A model generated the notes under the pieces. It did no database searches. It worked only from the letters and a program-made list of their open reading frames with translations, and was not told where the DNA came from. Position numbers and translations under genes: made by a program. Shown here piece by piece: positions 15,685-23,848 of a stretch of 32,000 bases of DNA (positions are counted from its first letter, which is position 1; each line of letters starts with the position of its first letter). The stretch covers positions 90,001-122,000 of the forward strand of contig JBAZMW010000002.1 in NCBI GenBank assembly GCA_041649575.1, written 5' to 3'. Source of the DNA: Patescibacteria group bacterium. GTDB taxonomy: Bacteria > Patescibacteriota > Patescibacteriia > 2-01-FULL-39-33.

Positions 15685-16713
15685 ATGGCGGAGAAAAACG
15701 ACAAAAAATTCGACTGGGATATCTGCGGTCATAAAAAAATAATTGAATTTTTACAATTATCTATTACCAACCGGAAAATCGCTCAAGCCTATTTATTTTC
15801 TGGTCCCGCCCAGCTTGGCAAATACTCGGTAGCTAAAAAATTCATTGCCTCAATTTTCTGTCAGGGCCAATCAAAAATTATTCCTTGCAATGATTGTTTG
15901 CATTGTCGACAGCTATTAAACAATATTCATCCCGATGTTTTTTTTATCAAACGTGAAACAGATGAGAAAACCGGCAAGCTCAGAAAGGATATCAGCGTCG
16001 ATCAGATTCGTAAGCTAAAGGGCAGCTTGCAACAGGCCAGCCTGCTGGATAGTTATAAGGTCGCGATCATACCAGAAGCCCAATACATCAACGGCAACTC
16101 CGCCAACGCTTTACTGAAAGCCCTGGAGGAGCCAACCGCCAAGACAGTCATCATTTTAATTACCAATGATATTAATAAAATACCGCCGACCATCGTTTCC
16201 CGTTGCCAAAGATTGAAATTTTTACCAGTGGCCAGCGAACAAATCAGAGATTATTTAAAAATTAAGAACATCAAAGAACCTGATAAATTAGCTCGGTTGG
16301 CGGCCAATCGTCCGGGCTTGGCGCTAACTTTTTGGGAGTCAGAAGAGTTGAGAGAGAATCATTCGTTTAATGTCGGTAAGTTTTTAGAAATCATTGATGC
16401 TTCTACCGACCGTCGCTTCGCTTTGGCTGAAGAGCTGACTGGTTGGACCAGCGACGAAACGCTAAACGCCAATCAGGTTAATAAGCTGGTGGCCGATTGG
16501 CAGCTGGTTGTTCGGGATTTTTTGCTCCTTAACTGTGACAAGGAATCGCTGGTTTCCAACCTCGACTTTTTAGCCAGCTTCAAAAAGTATTTAGCCGCCT
16601 TTCCTAGTAAAAAAATTGGCCAGCTTTTAAAGTCACTGGCGCAGGTCAAATTTCAACTTAATCAGAACGTTAACTCGAAATTAGTTTTAGAAAATCTAAT
16701 TATAAATCTATGA
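15685..16713 (+). CDS. holB: DNA polymerase III delta-prime subunit
   Basis: Contains AYLFSGPAQLGK (no GKT Walker A), the Cys module CNDCLHC, NALLKALEEP and VSRCQ. Confidence 0.8.
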   Translation: MAEKNDKKFDWDICGHKKIIEFLQLSITNRKIAQAYLFSGPAQLGKYSVAKKFIASIFCQGQSKIIPCNDCLHCRQLLNNIHPDVFFIKRETDEKTGKLRKDISVDQIRKLKGSLQQASLLDSYKVAIIPEAQYINGNSANALLKALEEPTAKTVIILITNDINKIPPTIVSRCQRLKFLPVASEQIRDYLKIKNIKEPDKLARLAANRPGLALTFWESEELRENHSFNVGKFLEIIDASTDRRFALAEELTGWTSDETLNANQVNKLVADWQLVVRDFLLLNCDKESLVSNLDFLASFKKYLAAFPSKKIGQLLKSLAQVKFQLNQNVNSKLVLENLIINL

Positions 16714-17789
16714 GGCAAATAAAAAAAGTTTTTTTTCTGGCAATTTTGACTCTGGTGGTGGTGGCGACCAGCGGTTGCACCATTAGCTTGGGTTCCTCAA
16801 AAAGCAAAGGCGCCGATGGTGGTGTTTGGAAATCGCTCGACGGCGGCAAAAAATGGGTCCAAAGCGTTTCCGTTCCCACCATTACCGGCAAGCCAGCCAG
16901 TATCGCCAACGTGGATGTCAGAAGAATGATTTTTGACCCTCAAGACTCTAATACTATTTATCTGGCCACTGAGGCCAATGGCGTCATCTACACCTACGAC
17001 GGTGGCAATAACTGGCGGCAGTTTAAGGATTTCCGCAGTGGACAAATCAGATCGATAGCGGTTGATACAAAATATAAATGCACTCTTTATCTACTGACGG
17101 AAAATAAGCTTTATAAATCCAATGATTGCGGACGTTTTTGGAAAAACATTTATTTTCACCAAAATCAGCAGGTGACTTTAAATGATATTTCAGTCAGCTT
17201 TGATGACAATAATGTTTTATACCTGGCCACCAGCGCCGGCGAGGTGATCAAAAGTGCTGACGGCGGTCAGACCTGGGCTACGGTTTTTCGGCCAGAAAAG
17301 GGCACGGCGGTTTTTGTAGATCTCTTAATAGATCCAGGTGACAGCAATAAAATATATGCGGCTTCCACCAAGAAAGGAATTTTCAAAACCAGTGACGGGG
17401 GTTCAAATTGGGAATCCTTGGGCGAGGGGCTGAAATCTTACACCGGTAGTCACGATTATAAAGCCTTGATTAGTGACCCAGTCACTCCGGAGAGCCTGAT
17501 TCTAATTTCCAAGTATGGCATGCTGCGGAGCCGCGATGGTGGCCAGAGCTGGGAAATAATAAACTTACTGCCCTCATCAAAAGCCACCACTATTTATTCC
17601 GTGGCGGTTAATCCAAAAAACAGCAATGAGATTTACTATAGCACCCGCACCTCCCTGGTTAAATCAATAGATGGCGGTCAGACTTGGTCGTCGCAAAAAC
17701 TGCCTTTTTCTCGCGTTGCCAATCAAATTATTATTGATTGGGAAAATCCGCAAGTGGTTTATCTGGGCGCTTTATTAGTCAAAGATTAA
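16710..17789 (+). CDS. BNR/Asp-box repeat beta-propeller lipoprotein (Ycf48/sialidase-like fold)
   Basis: Signal peptide with lipobox VVATSGC. Seven S/T-x-D-G-G-x-x-W repeats are present (SLDGGKKW, TYDGGNNW, SNDCGRFW, SADGGQTW, TSDGGSNW, SRDGGQSW, SIDGGQTW). ATGA overlap with holB. Confidence 0.75.
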   Translation: MRQIKKVFFLAILTLVVVATSGCTISLGSSKSKGADGGVWKSLDGGKKWVQSVSVPTITGKPASIANVDVRRMIFDPQDSNTIYLATEANGVIYTYDGGNNWRQFKDFRSGQIRSIAVDTKYKCTLYLLTENKLYKSNDCGRFWKNIYFHQNQQVTLNDISVSFDDNNVLYLATSAGEVIKSADGGQTWATVFRPEKGTAVFVDLLIDPGDSNKIYAASTKKGIFKTSDGGSNWESLGEGLKSYTGSHDYKALISDPVTPESLILISKYGMLRSRDGGQSWEIINLLPSSKATTIYSVAVNPKNSNEIYYSTRTSLVKSIDGGQTWSSQKLPFSRVANQIIIDWENPQVVYLGALLVKD

Positions 17790-17807
17790 TAATAACAATA
17801 AAATTAT

Positions 17808-18359
17808 ATGAACCTCATTGATAATTATTCTCAGGATTTTATCAAAGCTGTTGAGCATTTTAGGCAAGACATCGCCACTCTAAAAACCGGCCGGGCTAAT
17901 CCGGCCCTTTTGGACGCAGTGACTATCGAGGCTTACGGTGCCAAAACGCCGCTTAATCAATTAGCCTCCGTCTCCGTGCCCGAAGCGCGGGTGATTATAG
18001 TTCAGCCCTGGGACAAGAATCTTATAAAAGACGTGGAAAAGGGGATAATCGACGCCAATTTAGGCCTGGCGCCAGTCAACGAGGGAGAAAGAATTAGAAT
18101 TTTTTTGCCCCAAATGACCGAAGAAATGCGGAAAGAAATCGTCAAGCATTTGCACCAAAAAGCGGAACAAGCGCGCGTGGCTATTCGTACCTTGCGTGAC
18201 CAGGTCAAAGAAGCTGTTTTGACTGCCGAAAAAAACAAAGAGTTTGGCGAAGATGAAAAATATAATTTATTAGAACAGTTGGACAAAAAAGTCGGAGACT
18301 ATAACAACAAACTCAAAGCGATCAGTGAAGAAAAAGAAAAAGAAATAATGACTATTTAA
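17808..18359 (+). CDS. frr: ribosome recycling factor
   Basis: 183 aa. Contains LKTGRANPALLD...VQPWDKNLIKDVEKGI...LGLAPVNEG..IRI.LPQMTEE.RKE. Confidence 0.93.
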   Translation: MNLIDNYSQDFIKAVEHFRQDIATLKTGRANPALLDAVTIEAYGAKTPLNQLASVSVPEARVIIVQPWDKNLIKDVEKGIIDANLGLAPVNEGERIRIFLPQMTEEMRKEIVKHLHQKAEQARVAIRTLRDQVKEAVLTAEKNKEFGEDEKYNLLEQLDKKVGDYNNKLKAISEEKEKEIMTI

Positions 18360-18364
18360 ATTGT

Positions 18365-19543
18365 ATGTTTTTGACGATAGTAATTTTTGTCGCCATTTTA
18401 TCGCTTTTGGTTTTTGCTCACGAGATAGGCCATTTTTTTACAGCCAGGAAATTTGGTATTAGGGTGGATGAGTTTGGTTTTGGCTTGCCGCCGCGAGTCA
18501 TCGGCCTGGTTTTTTTGTCAGCCAAGAAAAAAATTCGTTTTTTATTCGGGAACCGGGAATTAAAAGCTGAAAATGAGACCGAACAGACTGGGACTATTTA
18601 CTCTCTCAACTTAATACCGGTCGGCGGTTTCGTTAAAATTAAAGGTGAAAACGGCGAAGCCGCCGGTGATCGTGATAGTTTTGCCAGTAAAGCCATTTGG
18701 CGTCGGGTTTCGGTTTTGGCCGCCGGAGTAATCATGAATTTATTTTTATGCGCCTTAATATTGATCATTGGCTTTATTATTGGTTTGCCCTCGGCGGTTA
18801 GCGGCCAAATGTCCGGAGCCATTGTTTCCGACAACAATATTCAGGTGGTGGAGGTTTTAAAAGGCACGGCGGCGGAACAAGCTGGCCTCAAGCCTGGCGA
18901 TATCATCAACGGAGTTGATGGCAAAACTTTTGGCAGTATCGAAGAATTACAAAAATATTTGTCAGGCCGAGCCGATCAGCTAATTAGCTTGAAACTGACA
19001 AGAAACACCGAGAGTTTGACCAAGGAACTGCTGGTGCAAAAATACCAGGCAGTGACCGGTATCGGCGTGGCTTTGGTGGAAACGGCCATCGTTCGCTATC
19101 CCTGGTACTTGGCGATTTGGCAAGGGATCAAGGCTACCTTTTTTTGGCTGGTGGCAATTATTTTAGCTTTTGCCTCCATAATCAAAAATTTAGTTTTGGG
19201 CCAGCCGATTGGCATAGAAGTTGCTGGACCGGTGGGTATTGCCGTGATGACCGGCCAGGCGGCTCGGTTGGGCTTGGTTTATGTTTTGCAGTTTACCGCC
19301 CTGCTCTCGCTTAATTTGGCGATTATTAATATTTTACCCTTTCCGGCCTTAGACGGCGGCCGCATTCTCTTTTTGGTGATTGAGAAAATCAGAGGCCGAG
19401 CGGTTAAACAACAATTAGAGAATTTAATCCATAACATCGGTTTTGCCCTGCTCATGCTCTTGATAGTTTTTGTCACCTACAGAGACATCATCAGGTATGG
19501 TGGCAAAATTTTCGGTGTCTTTAAAAATTTAGTGGGGATATAA
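18365..19543 (+). CDS. rseP: site-2 (M50) intramembrane zinc metalloprotease RseP
   Basis: Contains HEIGHFFTARKFG (HExxH), a PDZ region (GLKPGDIINGVDG) and NILPFPALDGG. Confidence 0.88.
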   Translation: MFLTIVIFVAILSLLVFAHEIGHFFTARKFGIRVDEFGFGLPPRVIGLVFLSAKKKIRFLFGNRELKAENETEQTGTIYSLNLIPVGGFVKIKGENGEAAGDRDSFASKAIWRRVSVLAAGVIMNLFLCALILIIGFIIGLPSAVSGQMSGAIVSDNNIQVVEVLKGTAAEQAGLKPGDIINGVDGKTFGSIEELQKYLSGRADQLISLKLTRNTESLTKELLVQKYQAVTGIGVALVETAIVRYPWYLAIWQGIKATFFWLVAIILAFASIIKNLVLGQPIGIEVAGPVGIAVMTGQAARLGLVYVLQFTALLSLNLAIINILPFPALDGGRILFLVIEKIRGRAVKQQLENLIHNIGFALLMLLIVFVTYRDIIRYGGKIFGVFKNLVGI

Positions 19544-19544
19544 T

Positions 19545-19591
19545 TTTTTAAAAAAAGAGATGCCAGTCCATTCTCGTGACGGACTGGCATC
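19545..19591 (-). terminator. strong rho-independent terminator readable only on the - strand
   Basis: 11-bp perfect stem GATGCCAGTCC/GGACTGGCATC (19559-19569/19581-19591). On the - strand it is followed by TCTTTTTTT. On the + strand no T-run follows. Confidence 0.75.
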
Positions 19592-19985
19592 AGGCATTAC
19601 TATAGAGCAAGAGAGATTAACCGGCAGACAGGGCGAGAGGGGATCGTCTCTTTTCCCATCTTAATAACTTGTCATCCTCCCCCAGTGTTGCAGTAGTGAG
19701 CTCCTCCGGAGTGGTTAACTCCAGTTTAGTTCTAGCGCCCGGAAGGAGAAAGGGGGGCTCCTGCAAACACATCCGGAAGGATTAGGCTGATATAGCTTTG
19801 GCTTTCGGTGCTGTTCTGGTCCAGCCCCGAAATAATCCCAGCCCCGCAATGACGAAGGAATCAGCCATACTCTGAAAACAAGTTAACTGTCGGGACTAGT
19901 CCTTGCCCGGCGCTGGACTAGTCGTTGCGCTGGTGGCAGCTTAACCTCTCTTAGAAAAGATCTAAAGGGCACTGAAGTAGCTAGT
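19592..19985 (-). ncRNA. candidate structured ncRNA of unknown class (core 19609-19952); 5' end undefined
   Basis: No ORF of 60 aa or more in any frame. G+C is 31-34 per 60 nt in a genome with AT-rich spacers. A 12-bp closing helix (19609-19620 / 19941-19952) has one G-U pair on - that is an A-C mismatch on +. At least four internal arms are present, and the - strand terminator lies just downstream. Confidence 0.4.
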
Positions 19986-20020
19986 TTCCATCCTAATATA
20001 AAATTAATTATTTGGCAAAT

Positions 20021-20383
20021 ATGAAAATAACCGTCTTCAATAATTTTGATCCGGTCCTGGTGCTACGTCGTAGCGGTTATGGCTTAATGACCAACAGAAA
20101 AACTGGCGAACAAAGCTTTGTTCGCCGCCTGGGCAACAATTCTTATCCGCGTTTTCACGCCTATCTTAAAGATGGTTTTATTAATCTGCATTTAGACCAG
20201 AAGCAACCCAGCTACAGCGGCGTTAAGGCGCATAGTGGTGAATATGAGGGAGAGGTGATAACCAAAGAAGCAAACAGAATCAAAGAAGTAATAAATTTTT
20301 TAAAAACCGAAGACAGACCGACATCAGAGCGTGAAATTGCCGCACCAGCCAAGGGTTTTTGGTCTAAATTTTTTGGGGATTAG
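20021..20383 (+). CDS. hypothetical protein (120 aa) with C-terminal amphipathic tail
   Basis: ATG at 20021 (the ORF-track start at 20012 is TTG). I recognise no family. The C-terminus KGFWSKFFGD resembles the MinD membrane-targeting helix KGFLKRLFGG. Confidence 0.6.
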   Translation: MKITVFNNFDPVLVLRRSGYGLMTNRKTGEQSFVRRLGNNSYPRFHAYLKDGFINLHLDQKQPSYSGVKAHSGEYEGEVITKEANRIKEVINFLKTEDRPTSEREIAAPAKGFWSKFFGD

Positions 20384-20436
20384 TCTCTAAAATTATAAGA
20401 ATTAATTTTTGACAAAACAATAAAAAAATGAAAGAA

Positions 20437-20445
20437 TGATATAAT
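20437..20445 (+). promoter_or_regulatory. extended -10 element TGATATAAT upstream of proS
   Basis: Matches TGnTATAAT and ends 15 nt before ATG 20461. TTGACA at 20409-20414 pairs better with AAGAAT (20432-20437, N17). Confidence 0.4.
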
Positions 20446-20460
20446 TATAACCATAATTTT

Positions 20461-21966
20461 ATGAGGGAAAATAAGAGCAAAAAAGACAATAACGAAACAA
20501 GCGAATTCTCTATTACCAAGCGGAGTGAAGATTATTCGCAGTGGTATTTAGACGTCATTAGCGCTGGTAAATTGGCCGATAATTCCCCCGTTCGCGGTTG
20601 CATGGTAATCAGACCGAATGGTTATGCTGTTTGGGAAAAAATGCAGAAAATTCTAGACGAGATGTTCAAAGAAACGGGAGTGGCTAATGCTTATTTTCCC
20701 TTGTTCATCCCGATCAGTTTTCTTAATAAAGAGGCAAAACACGTGGCAGGGTTTGCCAAGGAGTGTGCCGTAGTGACTCATCATCGTTTAGAATTAGATA
20801 CCAAAGGCAGATTACAACCGACAGCCGAGCTAGAAGAGCCGCTGATTGTTAGACCTACTTCGGAGACCATAATGTATGACACCTTTTCCAAGTGGATTAA
20901 CTCACATAGAGACTTGCCGTTGCTTATTAACCAATGGGCCAATATTGTAAGATGGGAAATGAGAACGCGACCCTTTTTGAGGACCATGGAATTTTTGTGG
21001 CAAGAGGGACACACGGCCCATGCCACCAAGGAAGAAGCTGACACGAGAACCGAACAAATGATCGCTGTCTACAAAAAGTTTTGTGAAGAATATTTGGCGA
21101 TCCCAGTGATTGCCGGGCTAAAAACCGAGTCAGAAAAGTTTGCCGGAGCAGTTTATACCACCTGCATCGAGGCCATGATGCAGGACGGTAAATCGCTCCA
21201 GACCGGTACCTCCCACATGCTTGGCCAGAATTTTGCCAAAGCCTTTGAGGTAAAATATCTCGATCAGAAAGGTGAGAGTCAATATGTTTGGCAAACCAGC
21301 TGGGGACTAAGCACCAGGCTGATCGGAGCTTTGATTATGGTTCATAGTGACGATAAAGGGCTAGTATTGCCTCCGAGATTAGCGCCCACCCCGGTGGTTA
21401 TAGTACCCATCTGGTCTTCACTGGAGGAAAAAGAAAAGGTACTAGTGGCAGCCCACAAAATATCAAATTTGGTTTCAAGTAAACTCGGGCTAAATGTTAA
21501 AGTTGATGACCGTGACTTAAGGCCGGGACCAAAATTTTATGAGTGGGAAAAAATGGGCATCCCTTTGCGGTTGGAGCTGGGTCCGAAGGATTTGGCCAAT
21601 AATTCCTTAATGGCTGTCAGGCGTGACAACGAGGTCAAAGAAGAAGTAAACCAGACAAATATTATAGACTATGTTTCCCGAGCCCTCGAAGATATCCAAG
21701 ATAGCTTATTCAAGAAAGCTTTAAAATTTCAAAAGAATAATACCAAGAAGACAGATTCTTGGGATGAATTTAAGAAGCTAGTGACCGATGATGGTGGTTT
21801 TATTTTGGCTCATTGGTGTGGCTCGGCCAAGTGCGAGCAGCAAATAAAAGAAGCAACCAAAGCCACTATAGCTTGCATTCCCTTTGATCAGAAAAAGGAG
21901 ACGGGTAAGTGCATTCTTTGTGGTAAAAAATCTGAAGGAAGAGTTATTTTTGCAAAAGCTTATTAA
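20461..21966 (+). CDS. proS: prolyl-tRNA synthetase, archaeal/eukaryotic-like type
   Basis: 501 aa. Contains SQWYLDVI, RGCMVIRPNGYAVWE and TSHMLGQNFAKAF, a C-terminal Cys cluster (HWCGSAKCEQ...CILCG) and a terminal Tyr. Confidence 0.92.
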   Translation: MRENKSKKDNNETSEFSITKRSEDYSQWYLDVISAGKLADNSPVRGCMVIRPNGYAVWEKMQKILDEMFKETGVANAYFPLFIPISFLNKEAKHVAGFAKECAVVTHHRLELDTKGRLQPTAELEEPLIVRPTSETIMYDTFSKWINSHRDLPLLINQWANIVRWEMRTRPFLRTMEFLWQEGHTAHATKEEADTRTEQMIAVYKKFCEEYLAIPVIAGLKTESEKFAGAVYTTCIEAMMQDGKSLQTGTSHMLGQNFAKAFEVKYLDQKGESQYVWQTSWGLSTRLIGALIMVHSDDKGLVLPPRLAPTPVVIVPIWSSLEEKEKVLVAAHKISNLVSSKLGLNVKVDDRDLRPGPKFYEWEKMGIPLRLELGPKDLANNSLMAVRRDNEVKEEVNQTNIIDYVSRALEDIQDSLFKKALKFQKNNTKKTDSWDEFKKLVTDDGGFILAHWCGSAKCEQQIKEATKATIACIPFDQKKETGKCILCGKKSEGRVIFAKAY

Positions 21967-21975
21967 AATTACGGC

Positions 21976-23013
21976 ATGTTTAAAAAAATTTTTAGTAAAT
22001 TTAATAAAGGCCTAGGAGTCGATCTGGGTAGCACCAAGACCATGATTTATCTTCAGGATCGCGGTATTGTTGTTAATGAGTCATCGGTAGTGGCGGTTAA
22101 TAATCGTACCGATCAGATTTTGGCCGTTGGTGACACCGCCCGGCGCATGCTCGGCAAAACACCGCCTCATATCATCGCCACCCAGCCGATAGAAAACGGC
22201 ATTATTTCTGATTTTGAAATAACCGAAAAAATGTTGAAGTATTTTTTTAATAAAATCCAGGCCGGTAAATTTTTCTTTTCAGTCAAGCCCAGGGTAGTTG
22301 TTGGCATACCGCTGGATGTAACCGAAGTCGAAAAGAAAGCGGCCGAAGATGCCATGCTCTCTGCCGGGGCCGGTGAGGTTTTTTTGGTGGAAAACATTAT
22401 GGCGGCGGCCATTGGCGCCAGAGTTCCCATTCAGGATCCAACCGGTAATATGGTTGTCAATTTGGGCGGTGGCTTGACAGAGGTGGCGGTTATCTCTTTG
22501 GATGGCATTGTTAATTGGCGAGTCTCCCGGGTAGCCGGGCTGACTTTGGGCAATGATATTATTAGATTTGCTAAAGATGAATTTAATTTAGTTTTGGGCG
22601 AGATGGTAGCCGAAGATATTAAGAAAAAAATCGGTTCAGCCGTGGAATTAAAGGACCCCCTGGAAATGCAAATGCGGGGCAGGGATGTGGTTTCCGGTTT
22701 GCCCAGAGAAGTGACAATTAATAATATTCAGATTCAGAATGCCATTGGCCGCTCCACTCAAAATATTCTCGACACTATCAAGGCTACCTTAGAGACCACT
22801 CCACCGGAATTGGTGGCCGATATTTACCAGAAAGGTATAATTTTGACCGGTGGTACCGCCCAGCTTAGGGGATTGGATAAATTTATTTCTCAAGGCATTC
22901 GGGTGCCTGTTCATATTGCCGATGACCCCCAGACCTGTGTTGTCAGGGGCATGGGAGCAATTTTAGACGATGAGCATCTTTTAAAAGATATCGCCATCCC
23001 TTCTTCTCAATAG
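21976..23013 (+). CDS. mreB: MreB paralog 2 (in the mreBCD-mrdA operon; divergent nucleotide-binding motifs)
   Basis: Contains LGVDLGSTKTMIY, PIENGIISDF, MVVNLGGGLTEVAVISLDG and ILTGGTAQLRGLD. Confidence 0.88.
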   Translation: MFKKIFSKFNKGLGVDLGSTKTMIYLQDRGIVVNESSVVAVNNRTDQILAVGDTARRMLGKTPPHIIATQPIENGIISDFEITEKMLKYFFNKIQAGKFFFSVKPRVVVGIPLDVTEVEKKAAEDAMLSAGAGEVFLVENIMAAAIGARVPIQDPTGNMVVNLGGGLTEVAVISLDGIVNWRVSRVAGLTLGNDIIRFAKDEFNLVLGEMVAEDIKKKIGSAVELKDPLEMQMRGRDVVSGLPREVTINNIQIQNAIGRSTQNILDTIKATLETTPPELVADIYQKGIILTGGTAQLRGLDKFISQGIRVPVHIADDPQTCVVRGMGAILDDEHLLKDIAIPSSQ

Positions 23014-23049
23014 CTTTAAAGCATAATTTTAAAAGTCAACCGAAAGTCT

Positions 23050-23844
23050 ATGGGCAAATTGACCAAGTCTATAATTTTAACTTTCCTTATTCTGGTTTTG
23101 TTAGTTTTTTTTCATTACCTGGGCTGGTTAAGGCCGGTGGAAAATCTGACTTTCAAGGCCCTCGGTCCGGTCCAGGGGCAAGTTTATAATTTTGCTTCTC
23201 AGTTGAAAACCCTGCAACAAAACTGGTTTTCTAAAAGAAATCTGCTTAAAGAAAATAGTGACTTAAAAGAAAATTTAAAGCTGTTTCAGTTGGACCGGGT
23301 GGAATTTAATAGATTGCAACAAGAAAACGACCTATTGAAAAAAGAACTTGGTTTTGTCAGCCAAAACCAAGTTAAATATCTTTCGGCCAGAATTATTACA
23401 GGTATTTCCGATCCACTGTCGCAATCGGTAATAATTAATCGTGGCCGTAGCGATGGCATTGTCAAGGGTTTGCCGGTGGTGGTCGACAAGGGGGTTCTGG
23501 TTGGTAAAATCAGTGAGGTAGGCGACGGCTATAGTAAAGTCTTGTTGCTAAACGACAGCAAGAGTCGAGTGGCGGCTGCCATCCAAAATTCTAGTCAAAC
23601 CGTTGGTTTGGTCGAGGGTAGTTTTGGCTTGGGCTTTACTATGACCAACATCCCTCGTGATCAACAGATCAAAGATGGCGATTTGGTAGTGACTTCCGGA
23701 CTGGAGGGACAAATCCCAAGAAATTTACTGATTGCCGAGGTTGACAGTGTTAATCAGGTGGAAAGCGAGATTTTTAAAACAGCGGTTTTAAAGCCGATCA
23801 TTCCTTTGAATAATTTGAGTTATGTTTTAGTAATTATTCCTTAA
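23050..23844 (+). CDS. mreC: rod shape-determining protein MreC
   Basis: N-terminal TM helix, a coiled-coil (LKENSDLKENLKLFQ...LQQENDLLKKEL), then GRSDGIVKGLPVV...LVGKISEV...GDLVVTSGLEGQIP. Confidence 0.85.
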   Translation: MGKLTKSIILTFLILVLLVFFHYLGWLRPVENLTFKALGPVQGQVYNFASQLKTLQQNWFSKRNLLKENSDLKENLKLFQLDRVEFNRLQQENDLLKKELGFVSQNQVKYLSARIITGISDPLSQSVIINRGRSDGIVKGLPVVVDKGVLVGKISEVGDGYSKVLLLNDSKSRVAAAIQNSSQTVGLVEGSFGLGFTMTNIPRDQQIKDGDLVVTSGLEGQIPRNLLIAEVDSVNQVESEIFKTAVLKPIIPLNNLSYVLVIIP

Positions 23845-23848
23845 TTTA

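Noticed and set aside
19739-19781. Two CCGGAAGGA strings (a GGAA tetraloop closed by C-G) suggested an SRP RNA domain IV. tmRNA, 6S and a T-box upstream of proS were also considered for 19545-20011.
   Set aside because: No AGCA/GGCAG symmetric-loop residues follow the tetraloops. There is no GGUUCGA T-loop or CCA-proximal acceptor pairing for tmRNA. The region is too long and too branched for 6S. Only a partial match to the T-box sequence (GGUGG within CGCUGGUGGCAGC) is present, with no + strand terminator/antiterminator, and an unrelated ORF separates the region from proS.
19616-19880. Small - strand ORFs inside the GC-rich region: 28 aa (MADSFVIAGLGLFRGWTRTAPKAKAISA, a possible type I toxin-like peptide) and 51 aa (MCLQEPPFLLPG...). 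They are in the same frame, separated by one TAA.
   Set aside because: Neither has an SD or a convincing start context. The hydrophobic stretch is too short for a TM toxin, and the 51-aa product is Pro/Leu/Thr-rich low complexity. This could be a decayed gene, but there is no positive evidence for that.
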